Part shown: positions 1-7,734 of the stretch, in pieces
How the letters are laid out: the number at the start of each line of letters is the position of its first letter
How positions within the stretch are numbered: position 1 is the stretch's first letter
Source of the DNA: Opitutia bacterium KCR 482
Lineage (GTDB): Bacteria > Verrucomicrobiota > Verrucomicrobiia > Opitutales > Intestinicryptomonadaceae
Direction of reading: 5' to 3'
NCBI GenBank assembly: GCA_029269845.2
Contig: CP149973.1
Location: 450,001 to 482,000 of the forward strand
Length of the DNA: 32,000 nt
Notes under the pieces: generated by a model
Seen by the model: the letters and a program-made list of their open reading frames with translations, nothing else
Databases searched by the model: none
What the model was told of the DNA's origin: nothing
Program-made: the position numbers and the translations under genes

Positions 1-120
1 ATCATGCAAAAAAGTAAACCAGATTTATCGGCGTTTTCAAGCTTTAATGAAAAAAGCGGCTGTTAGCGAAAACGCGCGGGCGGAGGAGTCGGAACGAGCA
101 AAACGCCGAGACACGGACGC

Positions 121-149
121 AAAAAAGCCCCTCTTGCGGAGGGGCTTTT
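121..149 (-). terminator. Rho-independent terminator downstream of the DASS transporter gene
   Basis: 7-bp stem GCCCCTC/GAGGGGC (127-133/139-145) with a 5-nt loop. On the minus strand it is followed by T6 (complement of the A-run 121-126). It lies about 25 nt past the stop at 172. Confidence 0.75.
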
Positions 150-171
150 GCGGAAAGTTCCGAGTCGGCTT

Positions 172-1614
172 TTAGAAGTATTTTATGCTTCCGAGGAAGA
201 ACAGCAAAATGTAGCCGACCGACAGACCGATTGCGCCGACAAGTATGCCGATTGTCGCCATCTGCCTCTGGGTTGTAAGACCCGCCGAGTGCGCGATTGC
301 GTTCGGGGGCGTACTGATGGGAAGGGCCATCGCAAGGGACGCCGAAAGCGCGACGCCCACAAGCAGCGTGGGTTCGCCGCCGAACGACGCCAGAGCGTCC
401 TTCATGCCTGCCGCAACCGCCGCCAGAACGGGGACGAGAAGCGCGGTAGTCGCCGTGTGCGACATGAACGTCGACATTGCGTAGCACAGCAGACCCGACC
501 CGATAATCGTAGCCGTCGCCGACCATGTTCCGAAGGGGATTGAGTCAATCATGTGCTTTGCCAAGCCCGTTTCCTGCAAGCCGACGCCGAGCGCGAAGCC
601 GCCCGCGACGAGCCAGAGAACGTCCCAACTGATTTGTTTGAGGTCGTTCTTATCCACAATGCCCGTAACCGTGAAGACCGCCATGGGAATCATCGCCACT
701 ACGTTAGAGTTGATGCCCGTGAATTTGTCGAACATCCACAGCAGAACCGTAACCGCGAACGTCGCGTAGATGATGTACGCCTTGCGCGACTTTTCGAAAG
801 TGCCTTCGAACGAAATGTCGAGGGTTTTGCGGTTGAACGGGAAAAGCTTGATGAGCAGATACCACGAAACGAGTATCATCAAAATCACGAACGGAACCAT
901 CGCGACCATCCACTGCCCGAAGCCGATTCCCAAGTTGAGACCGTCTACGTCGTTGAGGTATTTGAGCGCGATTGCGTTCGGAGGCGTGCCGATGGGCGTG
1001 CCGATACCGCCGATATTCGCCGCCACGGGGATAGCCAAGACGAGCGCGATTCTTCCCTTGCCGCTGTTTTCCATCGGCGCGAGAATCGGGGTCATGACCG
1101 CGAACATCATCGCGGTCGTCGCCGTGTTGCTCATGAACATCGAGAACACCGCCGAAACGAACATCAAGCCCAAGAGCACCGTCTGCGACTTGTTTCCGAA
1201 GGGGCTGAAAAGCACCCTCGCCAAATTTTTGTCCAAGCCGCACTTGCCCGCGCCGATTGCGAGGAAAAAGCCGCCCATGAACAGCATGATGATAGGGTCG
1301 GCAAACGTCGCCATCAGCGACTTGTATTTTATGAGTTTGCCGAACGCGCGCGCGCCCTCGACGTCTTCGCCGCGGAGGAACGAAAACGAGCTGTCGGAGA
1401 CAGTCAGGAGCATGAGCACGATTGTGAGAACCGAAGTTGTCCAAATCGGGACGGCCTCGGTAATCCACATAAGCGCGGCGAATATAAAAAGCGCAATAAC
1501 GCGCTGTTCTACAACGCTGAGATTGGCAATGTGGTAGTTTTCGGGCGACATCAACAGCGCGATGAGTCCCGCCGAGATTGATATCGTCAATGCTATTATT
1601 TGTTTCGGTTTCAT
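172..1614 (-). CDS. DASS/SLC13-family anion:Na+ symporter (di/tricarboxylate or sulfate type), 480 aa
   Basis: Full-length ORF with a polytopic hydrophobic profile. The N-terminus (VEQRVIALFIFAALMWITEAVPIWTTSVL) and the repeated hairpin-type motifs (SNTATTAMM..., SHTATTALL..., PISTPPNAIA / GTPPNAIA) are typical of the family as I recall it. It starts 11 nt after the porin gene stop, so it is operonic. Confidence 0.85.
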   Translation of the reverse strand: MKPKQIIALTISISAGLIALLMSPENYHIANLSVVEQRVIALFIFAALMWITEAVPIWTTSVLTIVLMLLTVSDSSFSFLRGEDVEGARAFGKLIKYKSLMATFADPIIMLFMGGFFLAIGAGKCGLDKNLARVLFSPFGNKSQTVLLGLMFVSAVFSMFMSNTATTAMMFAVMTPILAPMENSGKGRIALVLAIPVAANIGGIGTPIGTPPNAIALKYLNDVDGLNLGIGFGQWMVAMVPFVILMILVSWYLLIKLFPFNRKTLDISFEGTFEKSRKAYIIYATFAVTVLLWMFDKFTGINSNVVAMIPMAVFTVTGIVDKNDLKQISWDVLWLVAGGFALGVGLQETGLAKHMIDSIPFGTWSATATIIGSGLLCYAMSTFMSHTATTALLVPVLAAVAAGMKDALASFGGEPTLLVGVALSASLAMALPISTPPNAIAHSAGLTTQRQMATIGILVGAIGLSVGYILLFFLGSIKYF

Positions 1615-1625
1615 TTAGTGTTTCC

Positions 1626-2912
1626 TTAAAATAGAACTTGAACCTGTGTTCTGAACCAGTTTACGTCCAGCCCGTGCGCCCCGCCGACGCCTCCGTCGAA
1701 ATGCGCGTATTCGTAGCCGCTTTGGACTTTCAGATTGTCCCCGCGAATGTACCAATTCAGACCGAAGTAAAAGCTTTTCACGCGCAGGTACGGGGTGTCG
1801 CCCGAAACGTTCACGCTCTGCCTGATTACGTCCGACGGCGACACGCCGCGCCCGTCGGTGTCGAGGTACGAAAACCTGAACGCGGGGCCGATTTTCCCGA
1901 ATTCGCCGATGTCGAACTTGTACTCAACCATGTAGTTCAGACCGAACGGCAGCTGCGAGTCGTACGAGCCGTCGAGGCATTTTGCGCCGTCCGCCTGCGT
2001 GATTATGAATTCCGCGTATGTGCGGAGCGCGCCCCAGTCGAGGGTGATGTACGGGTTTGCGCCGTACATTGCCGTTGCGCAATAGCGGCCCGTCTTATTC
2101 GCCGCCGAGCCCCAGCCGAGGTTCAGTCCGAACGTGGTTTTGACTCCGCCGATGTCCGTCGCGTAGGACGAGCTTGCCCAGACGTTGGGCGCGTTGTCGG
2201 AGCCGTCGGAAATGGACTCGTAGCCGACCTTGTAGTTGTCGGAGTTCGTTGCGGCAAAGGCGTATTTCAAGCCCCTGATTTCGCGCGATTCGCCGTACCA
2301 GAACGCGCCCGTCATGAACGACGCAAAGCCGAGCTTGCGCGCGCTGCCCTTGCGCGGGCCGCCCCAGTAGTAGGTAGCCACGGAACGCTCAACGCAATAG
2401 AGCTTGAACGGCGACATGTTTTCCTCGAAGCAGAAATTCGGCTTGACGTATCCGAACCTGAATTCGCCCTTCACAAAATTGCAGTCAACGCGCTTCCAAA
2501 GATAGGTGATGGACATTTGGTTGGGCAGAATGAAGTCGAAGGAAAGCTGGGTGCCCCAGTCGCGCTTGTTGTCCGAATTGAACGTGAGAATCATTCGGCG
2601 GATTATGAATTTGCCGACGCTCGCGGAAGAGTCGGCAACCGCGCCGTCGGTGCAGTCGGCGTAGATGTATTCGTACTGCGACTGCATCTTGCCGGAAATT
2701 CTCAGGAACGTGTCGGTCGGCGTTTCCACTACGGGGATTTCCGCCATGCCCTTTTTCAAATCGTCCGCCTCCGCCTTTTCGAGAAGCCCCTTCGAGACGA
2801 GCGCGTCGAGGATTCGGACGTCGCTCTGCGCCGTCGCAAATTGCGGAACAAACGCCGCAGCCATTGCCGCGGCCGCCGTTGCCAGTGTTTTGTATTTTCC
2901 GATTTTAAACAT
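1626..2912 (-). CDS. Outer-membrane beta-barrel porin (putative anion/phosphate-selective-type porin), 428 aa
   Basis: Start chosen at MFKIGKYKTLATAAAAMAAAFVPQFATAQS, which is a signal peptide. The track's upstream Met at 2972 would overlap the preceding gene. The protein has alternating amphipathic beta-strand-like sequence rich in Y/G/N/D/F and a C-terminal ...VQVLF with terminal Phe, the OMP beta-signal. Confidence 0.75.
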   Translation of the reverse strand: MFKIGKYKTLATAAAAMAAAFVPQFATAQSDVRILDALVSKGLLEKAEADDLKKGMAEIPVVETPTDTFLRISGKMQSQYEYIYADCTDGAVADSSASVGKFIIRRMILTFNSDNKRDWGTQLSFDFILPNQMSITYLWKRVDCNFVKGEFRFGYVKPNFCFEENMSPFKLYCVERSVATYYWGGPRKGSARKLGFASFMTGAFWYGESREIRGLKYAFAATNSDNYKVGYESISDGSDNAPNVWASSSYATDIGGVKTTFGLNLGWGSAANKTGRYCATAMYGANPYITLDWGALRTYAEFIITQADGAKCLDGSYDSQLPFGLNYMVEYKFDIGEFGKIGPAFRFSYLDTDGRGVSPSDVIRQSVNVSGDTPYLRVKSFYFGLNWYIRGDNLKVQSGYEYAHFDGGVGGAHGLDVNWFRTQVQVLF

Positions 2913-2920
2913 ATGCCCGT

Positions 2921-4399
2921 TTAGAGATAAAAGAATGCCGCGCACGCAAGGAGCGTAGGGACAATCGACCATTCGAGCAACAGTTTCGGGGACACGCCGT
3001 TTCTAAACTCCTCCTTTAAAACCGAAAGACCCACGAGATTCGGCGCGTTCGCAATTACAGTCAAACCGCCTCCGCTTATCGCGGCGGCTACTATCAAATA
3101 TTTCGTTTCGTCGACGAAGCTCGGCACGAGCGACGCCAAATAGGTTATCGCGGCGTTGTCGTTAAACGACGTCAGCAGAACGCTCCCCGCAAAAAGCGCA
3201 CCGCTGTCGAGCCGCTCCAAAATGGGTTCGAGCCACCACGTTTGCAGGCTGCCGTGCGTTACAAGCGCGCCCAAAAAAATCGCCACAAGCATCGGGCTGC
3301 GGAACTTCATCTCCCACTGGAATCTCTGCGTTATGTCCACAAACGCGATGAACGCAAGCAGCAGGAACATTTCCAAAACCAGATAGTGCATTACCGCGAC
3401 CGCCGCAATCAAAAACAGCAGGTGCATGCCGATTATCCAGTTCGGCGGCGGCTTTTCGATTGACGACTCCGCCCCGCGCATTATGCGGTTGTTTTCAAGC
3501 GAAACAAACTCGCGCCTGAAAAGGAACGCGTAGACGAACGTGGACGCAAAAATCACAAGCACAGACTTCCACCCGAAGTGCGCAATCATGAACGGCGTAT
3601 CCCAGCCCCACGAACGCGCGACCATGATAATCGGGGGCGCGGAAAAATGCGTCAACGCGCCGCCGAGCGACACCGAAACGAAAAGCAGCCCGATAGTCGC
3701 GTACTTGAATTTGATCGACGGCGTGTAGTCGAAAAAGTGGCGCAAAAGCAGAATCGCGCAGATTGTAATCGCCGCCGGCTCGGTTATGAAAGAGCCCAAA
3801 ATAGGGCCGACGCACATTATGGAAATCCACCACGCGCGGACGGTTTTGCCACCCAACGCCGCAAACAGGCTCACGAACTTCGCCGCAACGTAAATCACGG
3901 GGCGCGTCGCCGCCATGCACATGACGACCATCACGAAAACAGGCTCGGAATATTTGTCCTGCGCGTACGCGAGGTTGTTGAGGTAGTCGGTCAGCGAATG
4001 CCAGCCGCACTCGTAATAGAAAATCGCAAACAGCGGAACAAGCCAGAGCGCGAAAACTATTTCGACCTCTCCCAAGAGCGAGAGAATGCGCTTTGCAATG
4101 TCCACGCTCGAATCGCGCAACTTGAAGCGTTTTTGCTGTTTTTTAACGGTATCGGCGAATTTCAGAAACATCTGGTAGCTGAAAGTGTGGACTACCGCGC
4201 ACGCGAAAATTATAGTGGCGTACAGATTCATGTGCGACATTTTCACGCGGCTTACGAGCGTCCGCCAAAGCCCGTCGCACTTGGGATACGCGTCCTGCGG
4301 AAGCGGGAACTGCGCCGCGCAGGCGTCGGGCGACGACAAAAGCAGCCCCGCAAAGACCAGTGCGGCGCAAAAAACACAAGTATTTATTTTCGAGTGCAT
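2921..4399 (-). CDS. Polytopic inner-membrane protein, possibly of the 'putative Na+/H+ antiporter' (DUF1504-like) family, 492 aa
   Basis: Full ORF with many hydrophobic helices and an N-terminal hydrophobic leader. The segment NLYATIIFACAVVHTF resembles that family from memory only. An alternative start at MSHMNLY (about 4240) is possible. First gene of the three-gene operon. Confidence 0.55.
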   Translation of the reverse strand: MHSKINTCVFCAALVFAGLLLSSPDACAAQFPLPQDAYPKCDGLWRTLVSRVKMSHMNLYATIIFACAVVHTFSYQMFLKFADTVKKQQKRFKLRDSSVDIAKRILSLLGEVEIVFALWLVPLFAIFYYECGWHSLTDYLNNLAYAQDKYSEPVFVMVVMCMAATRPVIYVAAKFVSLFAALGGKTVRAWWISIMCVGPILGSFITEPAAITICAILLLRHFFDYTPSIKFKYATIGLLFVSVSLGGALTHFSAPPIIMVARSWGWDTPFMIAHFGWKSVLVIFASTFVYAFLFRREFVSLENNRIMRGAESSIEKPPPNWIIGMHLLFLIAAVAVMHYLVLEMFLLLAFIAFVDITQRFQWEMKFRSPMLVAIFLGALVTHGSLQTWWLEPILERLDSGALFAGSVLLTSFNDNAAITYLASLVPSFVDETKYLIVAAAISGGGLTVIANAPNLVGLSVLKEEFRNGVSPKLLLEWSIVPTLLACAAFFYL

Positions 4400-4408
4400 T
4401 TAAAATTC

Positions 4409-4439
4409 AAAAAACCGAACAACGCCCCGCGTTGCGGTT
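4409..4439 (-). promoter_or_regulatory. Terminator-like hairpin plus U-tract in the leader of the transport operon (candidate attenuator)
   Basis: Minus-strand reading: AACCG-CAACGC-GGG-GCGTTG-tt-CGGTT followed by TTTTTT, ending 9 nt before the ATG at 4399. No upstream minus-strand gene needs terminating here. Two further small hairpins (GGCGGAA/TTCCGCC and GCCGA/TCGGC) lie just upstream in the same leader. Confidence 0.4.
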
Positions 4440-4551
4440 TGGCGGCGGCGGAACAAAAATTCCGCCCGATGCTTTCGGCTAATTAGTGGAAGTCTCGCTG
4501 ATTCGGCATAAAAAATCAAGTTTTTAATACTTTCCCAATGAATCAAACTTT

Positions 4552-4566
4552 ATGCAAATTTTGCAT
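4552..4566. promoter_or_regulatory. LysR-type operator (T-N11-A) palindrome ATGCAAAtTTTGCAT in the divergent intergenic region
   Basis: Perfect 7+1+7 inverted repeat containing T-GCAAATTTTGC-A. It lies 52 nt upstream of the lysR-family ATG (4618). It shares the core ATGC-N7-GCATTAAA with the site at 5517-5531. Confidence 0.55.
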
Positions 4567-4617
4567 TAAATTAGGGTTGAAATTGCGCAAGGAACTAATA
4601 GGGATAAAAGAAAGACA

Positions 4618-5517
4618 ATGGACTCCACCCAAATAAAATGCTTTATAGCCGCCGCCGAAACCCTCCACTTTTCGCGCGCTGCGGACAAACTCGGAATGGG
4701 ACAGTCGGTTTTGAGCAGGCAGATAATGTCGCTCGAAAGCGAAGTCGGCTGCCGCCTTTTCGACAGGGCAAACAAGTGGCGGCTGTCGCTCACCGACGCG
4801 GGCAGGGCCTTTCTGCCGAACGCCGAAAAAATCGCCGACTTGGAGTCGGCGGCAAAGCTCGGCGCAAAAAAGGCGGCAAAGGGAGAATGCGGTTCGCTTT
4901 CAATGGAGGTGATTCCCTCGTTTTTCACGTCGGAAAAATTCTTCGCCTCGTTGAAGCAAATGCGGGCGGACTACCCCGAAGTGTTTCTTAAACTCGGCAA
5001 ACACTCGTCGGCGAGCATTCTCGCAAAGGTGGAAAAGGGAGAGCTTGACTTCGGGATAATCCGCGTGTCGCAGAGAAAAACCCTCGACGTGAAATCGATA
5101 GAGCTTGGGCGCGAGAAAATCCTGCTCGCCCTGCCCGCAAGCCACAGGCTCGCAAAGAAAAGCGGCGCGGTCGAGATGTCGGAGCTGAAAAACGAAAAGT
5201 TCGCAATGCTCCCCTACGAGGAGTCGCCCTTCTTCCGCAGGACAATCGACGAAGCCCTGCGGCGCGGCGGAATACTCACGCCGAACGTCGCCGAGGAAAT
5301 CTACAATTTCGACGCCGTTCTGCGCCTGCTTCCGCACTCCGACATCATAACTTTCGTGCCCGCGCTCATGAAGCCGCTCGACTACGCGGACGTCGTCTAC
5401 AAAACCCTTAGGGGGCTGGACGAACCCGTAGTCTACGCGGGCATCTGGAAGGCGGACAACCACTCGAAAACGCTCGGAAATTTCGTCTCCATTCTAAAAA
5501 AATCGTTCCGCATTTAA
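4618..5517 (+). CDS. LysR-family transcriptional regulator, 299 aa
   Basis: N-terminal winged-HTH signature (IKCFIAAAETLHFSRAADKLGMGQSVLSRQIMSLESEVGCRLFDR) followed by a LysR substrate-binding-type C-terminal domain of about 200 aa. Confidence 0.95.
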   Translation: MDSTQIKCFIAAAETLHFSRAADKLGMGQSVLSRQIMSLESEVGCRLFDRANKWRLSLTDAGRAFLPNAEKIADLESAAKLGAKKAAKGECGSLSMEVIPSFFTSEKFFASLKQMRADYPEVFLKLGKHSSASILAKVEKGELDFGIIRVSQRKTLDVKSIELGREKILLALPASHRLAKKSGAVEMSELKNEKFAMLPYEESPFFRRTIDEALRRGGILTPNVAEEIYNFDAVLRLLPHSDIITFVPALMKPLDYADVVYKTLRGLDEPVVYAGIWKADNHSKTLGNFVSILKKSFRI

Positions 5518-5531
5518 TGCGTATTTTGCAT
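5517..5531. promoter_or_regulatory. Second LysR-type box ATGCGTATTTTGCAT upstream of the exporter operon
   Basis: ATGC-N7-GCAT dyad overlapping the lysR stop codon. The 12 nt TTTTGCATTAAA are identical to site 1. The box is centred about 64 nt upstream of the TSS predicted from the promoter at 5553-5581. Confidence 0.5.
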
Positions 5532-5552
5532 TAAAATGGCATTTTTCATGCG

Positions 5553-5581
5553 TTGAATGAAAAATCCAAGCGCGGTATAAT
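5553..5581 (+). promoter_or_regulatory. Sigma70-type promoter of the ThrE-like exporter operon
   Basis: TTGAAT (5553-5558), a 17-nt spacer, then TATAAT (5576-5581). The ATG at 5597 implies a very short leader. An AT-rich 9-bp inverted repeat (5541-5549/5557-5565) overlaps the -35 element. Confidence 0.6.
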
Positions 5582-5596
5582 CGCGCCTGTTCCGAT

Positions 5597-6361
5597 ATGG
5601 AAGAGGCAAAAAACAGGTCAGACGAAATACTCGCACTGGTCGCCGAATACGCGGCGACGCTCACGGGCTGCGGCGCGTACGCGTCGCGCACGGCGCGCAG
5701 CGCAAAAAGAATAGCCGAGGCAGTCGGGGCAACCGCGGAAATCGCGATGACGCATACAAGCCTGATAGTCTCGGTGGAGTGCGACGGCATAATTTCAACG
5801 AAAGTCGCCCGCATTCCGCAAAGCCCCATTTCGTTCGAGCGCAACGCCGACCTCTGCCGACTTTCGTGGCGCGCGATTGACAAAAAAATGCCGCTTGGGG
5901 AAATCAGGTCCGAGTTCGAAGCAATACTTGCAAAGCCGAAAATCGACCCCGTGTTCGTGCTGTTCTATGTGGGCTTTGCAAACGCGTCGTTTTGCAGGCT
6001 CTTCGGCGGCGACTTCCTCGCAATGGCGATTGTCTTTACCGCGACGCTCGTCGGCTTTTCAACAAAACAGTACATGCTGAAAAAGGGCGTCAACAACTAC
6101 CTTACGATAATGGCGTCGTCGTTCGCGGCGTCGATTTGCGCGTCGGTGTCGCTCTCGTTCGAATGCACGTCGCAGACGGCGCTGGCGACAAGCCCGCTGT
6201 TTCTTATTCCGGGGGTGCCGCTCATCAACGGGGTAATCGACATTCTCGACGGCTACACGACGACGGGCATAAGCCGCCTCGCAAAGGAAATGCTGATTAT
6301 CGCGTGCATAGGCGTCGGACTTTTCGCGACTCTCGCGCTTGTGAAAGGACAATTTCTATGA
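5597..6361 (+). CDS. Threonine/serine exporter family protein, ThrE N-terminal-type (YjjP-like) subunit, 254 aa
   Basis: N-terminal soluble region of about 110 aa (ALVAEYAATLTGCGAYASRTARSAKRIAEAVG...) followed by 5 hydrophobic helices, which is the architecture of DUF1212/ThrE. Its stop overlaps the next start (ATGA at 6358-6361). Confidence 0.8.
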   Translation: MEEAKNRSDEILALVAEYAATLTGCGAYASRTARSAKRIAEAVGATAEIAMTHTSLIVSVECDGIISTKVARIPQSPISFERNADLCRLSWRAIDKKMPLGEIRSEFEAILAKPKIDPVFVLFYVGFANASFCRLFGGDFLAMAIVFTATLVGFSTKQYMLKKGVNNYLTIMASSFAASICASVSLSFECTSQTALATSPLFLIPGVPLINGVIDILDGYTTTGISRLAKEMLIIACIGVGLFATLALVKGQFL

Positions 6362-6849
6362 GCATTTGGGACATACTCTTCGACGGATTCTTCGCGGCGG
6401 TCGCGGGAACGGGCTTCGGCGCGATTTCCGACCCTCCCGTAAAGGCGTTTCCGAGAATCGCGCTGCTGGCGGCGGTCGGACACGCGCTGAGGTTCGCAAT
6501 GATGAAATGCGGTACGGACATCGGAACGGCGTCGTTCGTCGCGGCGTTCGCAATCGGAAGCGGAAGCCTGATTCTGGCGCGTCAAATCCGCGTGCCAATG
6601 ACCATTCTCTACATACCCGCGCTGCTCCCGATGATTCCGGGGATTTACGCGTACAAAACGCTGTTCTCGCTGATAATGTTCATGCAGTCGGTTAACGGCA
6701 ACGACGGCGGCATGGAGTACATGCAGAGCTTTTTGCTGAACGCCACAGTCTCCGGAACGGTGATAATACTGCTCGCAACGGGGGCGGCACTGCCGACTTT
6801 CGTCTTTAAAAATATGTCGCACGCGCTTTCGAGGGAGGGCAAAAAATAA
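6358..6849 (+). CDS. Threonine/serine exporter family protein, ThrE_2 (YjjB-like) subunit, 163 aa
   Basis: Internal Met of track ORF 5992..6849, chosen because it forms an ATGA overlap with the upstream stop. MSIWDILFDGFFAAVAGTGFGAISDPP... with four hydrophobic helices and the LPMIPG motif is typical of the small partner subunit. Confidence 0.8.
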   Translation: MSIWDILFDGFFAAVAGTGFGAISDPPVKAFPRIALLAAVGHALRFAMMKCGTDIGTASFVAAFAIGSGSLILARQIRVPMTILYIPALLPMIPGIYAYKTLFSLIMFMQSVNGNDGGMEYMQSFLLNATVSGTVIILLATGAALPTFVFKNMSHALSREGKK

Positions 6850-6850
6850 C

Positions 6851-7576
6851 ATGGATACATTTTGGCAGACAATTTCCGAATACAATTCGGAGACATGGAA
6901 TTTCCAGATAACGCTTACAATCGTCGGCGCGATACTCGCCGCCCTGCTCTACGCCGCGCCCGAAAAGGCGGCGTGCCGCGTCGCGGTAAAAATCTACACC
7001 GCGCTTCTGTGCTTCTGGATTGCCGGCGTCTACTACCTGATATACTGCAATACAAGAAGCTATAACGAAAGCATGGCGGTCTTCTGGGCAATCATGGGGC
7101 TTGCGTGGCTCTACGACATCCGCGCGGGGCGCGACGAAACGCCGAAAGCGTCGAAAAACCCCGCAGCGGCGGCTCTGCTTTGCGCGCCCGCCATTTACCC
7201 CGCGCTGTCGCTCGCGCTGGGGCGGAGCTTCCCCGAAATAGTTTCGCCGATAATGCCGTGCTCTGTGGCGGTGTTTTCGATAGGGCTGATTTTCGCGTTC
7301 GGGAATACGATAAACCTCATATTGGCAATGCTTGTTTTGCACTGGTCGATAATCGCGATACCGAAAGTTAGCCTTTACGGAATTACGGAAGATTATTTTC
7401 TGTCATTGTGCATTATCCCTGCACTGTATATATTTTTCAAAAACTACATAGAAAAAGTTGCAAAGCAGCCGACAAAGCCGTCGGCAAAGACGCTCGACCT
7501 ATCGCTGAAAATCCTCTGCGCGACGCTCGGAATATTCTTCACATACATGATATTCAAGCAATTCGGAATTTTGTAA
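6851..7576 (+). CDS. Polytopic membrane protein of unknown function, 241 aa
   Basis: Full ORF starting 1 nt after the upstream stop, with about 7 hydrophobic segments. The N-terminus (FWQTISEYNSETWNFQITLTIVG) is vaguely reminiscent of DUF6064-type membrane proteins, from memory and unverified. Confidence 0.7.
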   Translation: MDTFWQTISEYNSETWNFQITLTIVGAILAALLYAAPEKAACRVAVKIYTALLCFWIAGVYYLIYCNTRSYNESMAVFWAIMGLAWLYDIRAGRDETPKASKNPAAAALLCAPAIYPALSLALGRSFPEIVSPIMPCSVAVFSIGLIFAFGNTINLILAMLVLHWSIIAIPKVSLYGITEDYFLSLCIIPALYIFFKNYIEKVAKQPTKPSAKTLDLSLKILCATLGIFFTYMIFKQFGIL

Positions 7577-7600
7577 ATTTTCTTCTCAATGCGTAATTGC

Positions 7601-7631
7601 AAGGCGGTCGGCACAATGTCGACCGCCTTTT
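7601..7631 (+). terminator. Rho-independent terminator of the exporter operon
   Basis: 10-bp stem AAGGCGGTCG/CGACCGCCTT (7601-7610/7620-7629) with a 9-nt loop, followed by TTTT. Confidence 0.8.
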
Positions 7632-7651
7632 CACATGCAGAAGTTCGGACG

Positions 7652-7684
7652 AAAAAAAAAAACGCGGCGTTTGCTCGCCGCGTT
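7652..7684 (-). terminator. Rho-independent terminator of prfB
   Basis: Stem AACGCGGCG/CGCCGCGTT (7661-7669/7676-7684). On the minus strand it is followed by a T-run of about 10 nt (complement of A-run 7652-7661). It lies 50 nt past the prfB stop. Confidence 0.8.
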
Positions 7685-7734
7685 CATCGGAAAAATCCGC
7701 AAAAAAGAAGACGATAATAGGAAGAGGACGGCGG

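Noticed and set aside
44-1581. Several ORFs (44..526, 148..543, 553..1581, 704..1468, 770..1537) overlapping the DASS gene
   Set aside because: Only the 172..1614 frame gives a coherent polytopic transporter. The others are Arg-rich or compositionally odd, and they cross the terminator at 121-149.
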